In this document: positions 63,657 through 64,000 of the stretch, piece after piece
Position numbering within the stretch: the first letter of the stretch is position 1
How the letters are laid out: each line of letters starts with the position of its first letter
Source: Squalus acanthias
Lineage: Eukaryota
DNA length: 64,000 nt
NCBI GenBank assembly: GCA_030390025.1
Contig: CM059438.1
Coordinates: 64,668,001 to 64,732,000, forward strand
Direction of reading: 5' to 3'
Program-made: the position numbers and the translations under genes
Notes under the pieces: model-generated
The model's input: only the letters and a program-made list of their open reading frames with translations
Databases searched by the model: none
What the model was told of the DNA's origin: nothing

Positions 63657-64000
63657 TGCGTGTTCCCGCGGGGGTAAGGCTTCCCCACGATATCTCACTC
63701 CGCGCCTACTTTTTTCCTCCGGGCCCACACGAACTTTAGTTTCAAGGCCAGTCCCACATGCAGCTGTGTTAGTGTGTGCGTATCCCAGAGACACAATTAG
63801 TTCATGCGAGCTCTGGGATCACGTGATTCAGTTAGAGCCAATGGCAGCACACCATCTTTCATTCATAGTTTTCACAGCAAGAGCTGTCAAAGCTATGAAT
63901 CCTACACACACCCAAAAGTACAGCTAAACCTCAATTAAATTTAAAAAAGCCATCACATTAATAAAATAAGTATAGTTAAATAAATTAACCACTTTAAACA
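63657..64000. mobile_element. MITE family D, partial (left TIR missing, cut by the window edge)
   Basis: Homologous to ~37920-38258 (ccgcggggtaagg, ctgggatcacgtg, agagccaatggcagca, tatagttaaataaattaaccactttaaaca). Confidence 0.8.

Overview
This 64 kb window is almost entirely transposon-derived vertebrate DNA. An HE1-type V-SINE, DeuSINEs and typical CR1/L2/RTE families point to a cartilaginous fish (shark or ray). I cannot support any host exon, and the ORF track is nearly all TE fragments. The dominant component is a diverse set of PIF/Harbinger DNA transposons. One is essentially complete but decayed (47053-51424), with a 3-exon Myb/SANT gene on + and a convergent HARBI1-type DDE transposase on -. 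There are also several deleted or truncated relatives and at least three CpG-rich MITE families with GG(G/C)..AAATT termini and 3-bp TSDs; one family has three near-identical ~890 bp copies. Most notable findings: (1) a TGACGTCA (CRE) ... TATTTAAA promoter module with 119-128 bp spacing, kept across divergent Harbingers and their MITEs; (2) MITEs that keep both inward-facing promoters but no genes; (3) a ~1.2 kb inverted duplication whose right arm was later split by ~7 kb of nested CR1, RTE and MITE insertions; (4) two Tx1 LINE insertions inside one Harbinger; (5) a Penelope element with a minimal hammerhead ribozyme. Family assignments and alignments were made by eye. Boundaries without a stated TSD are approximate.
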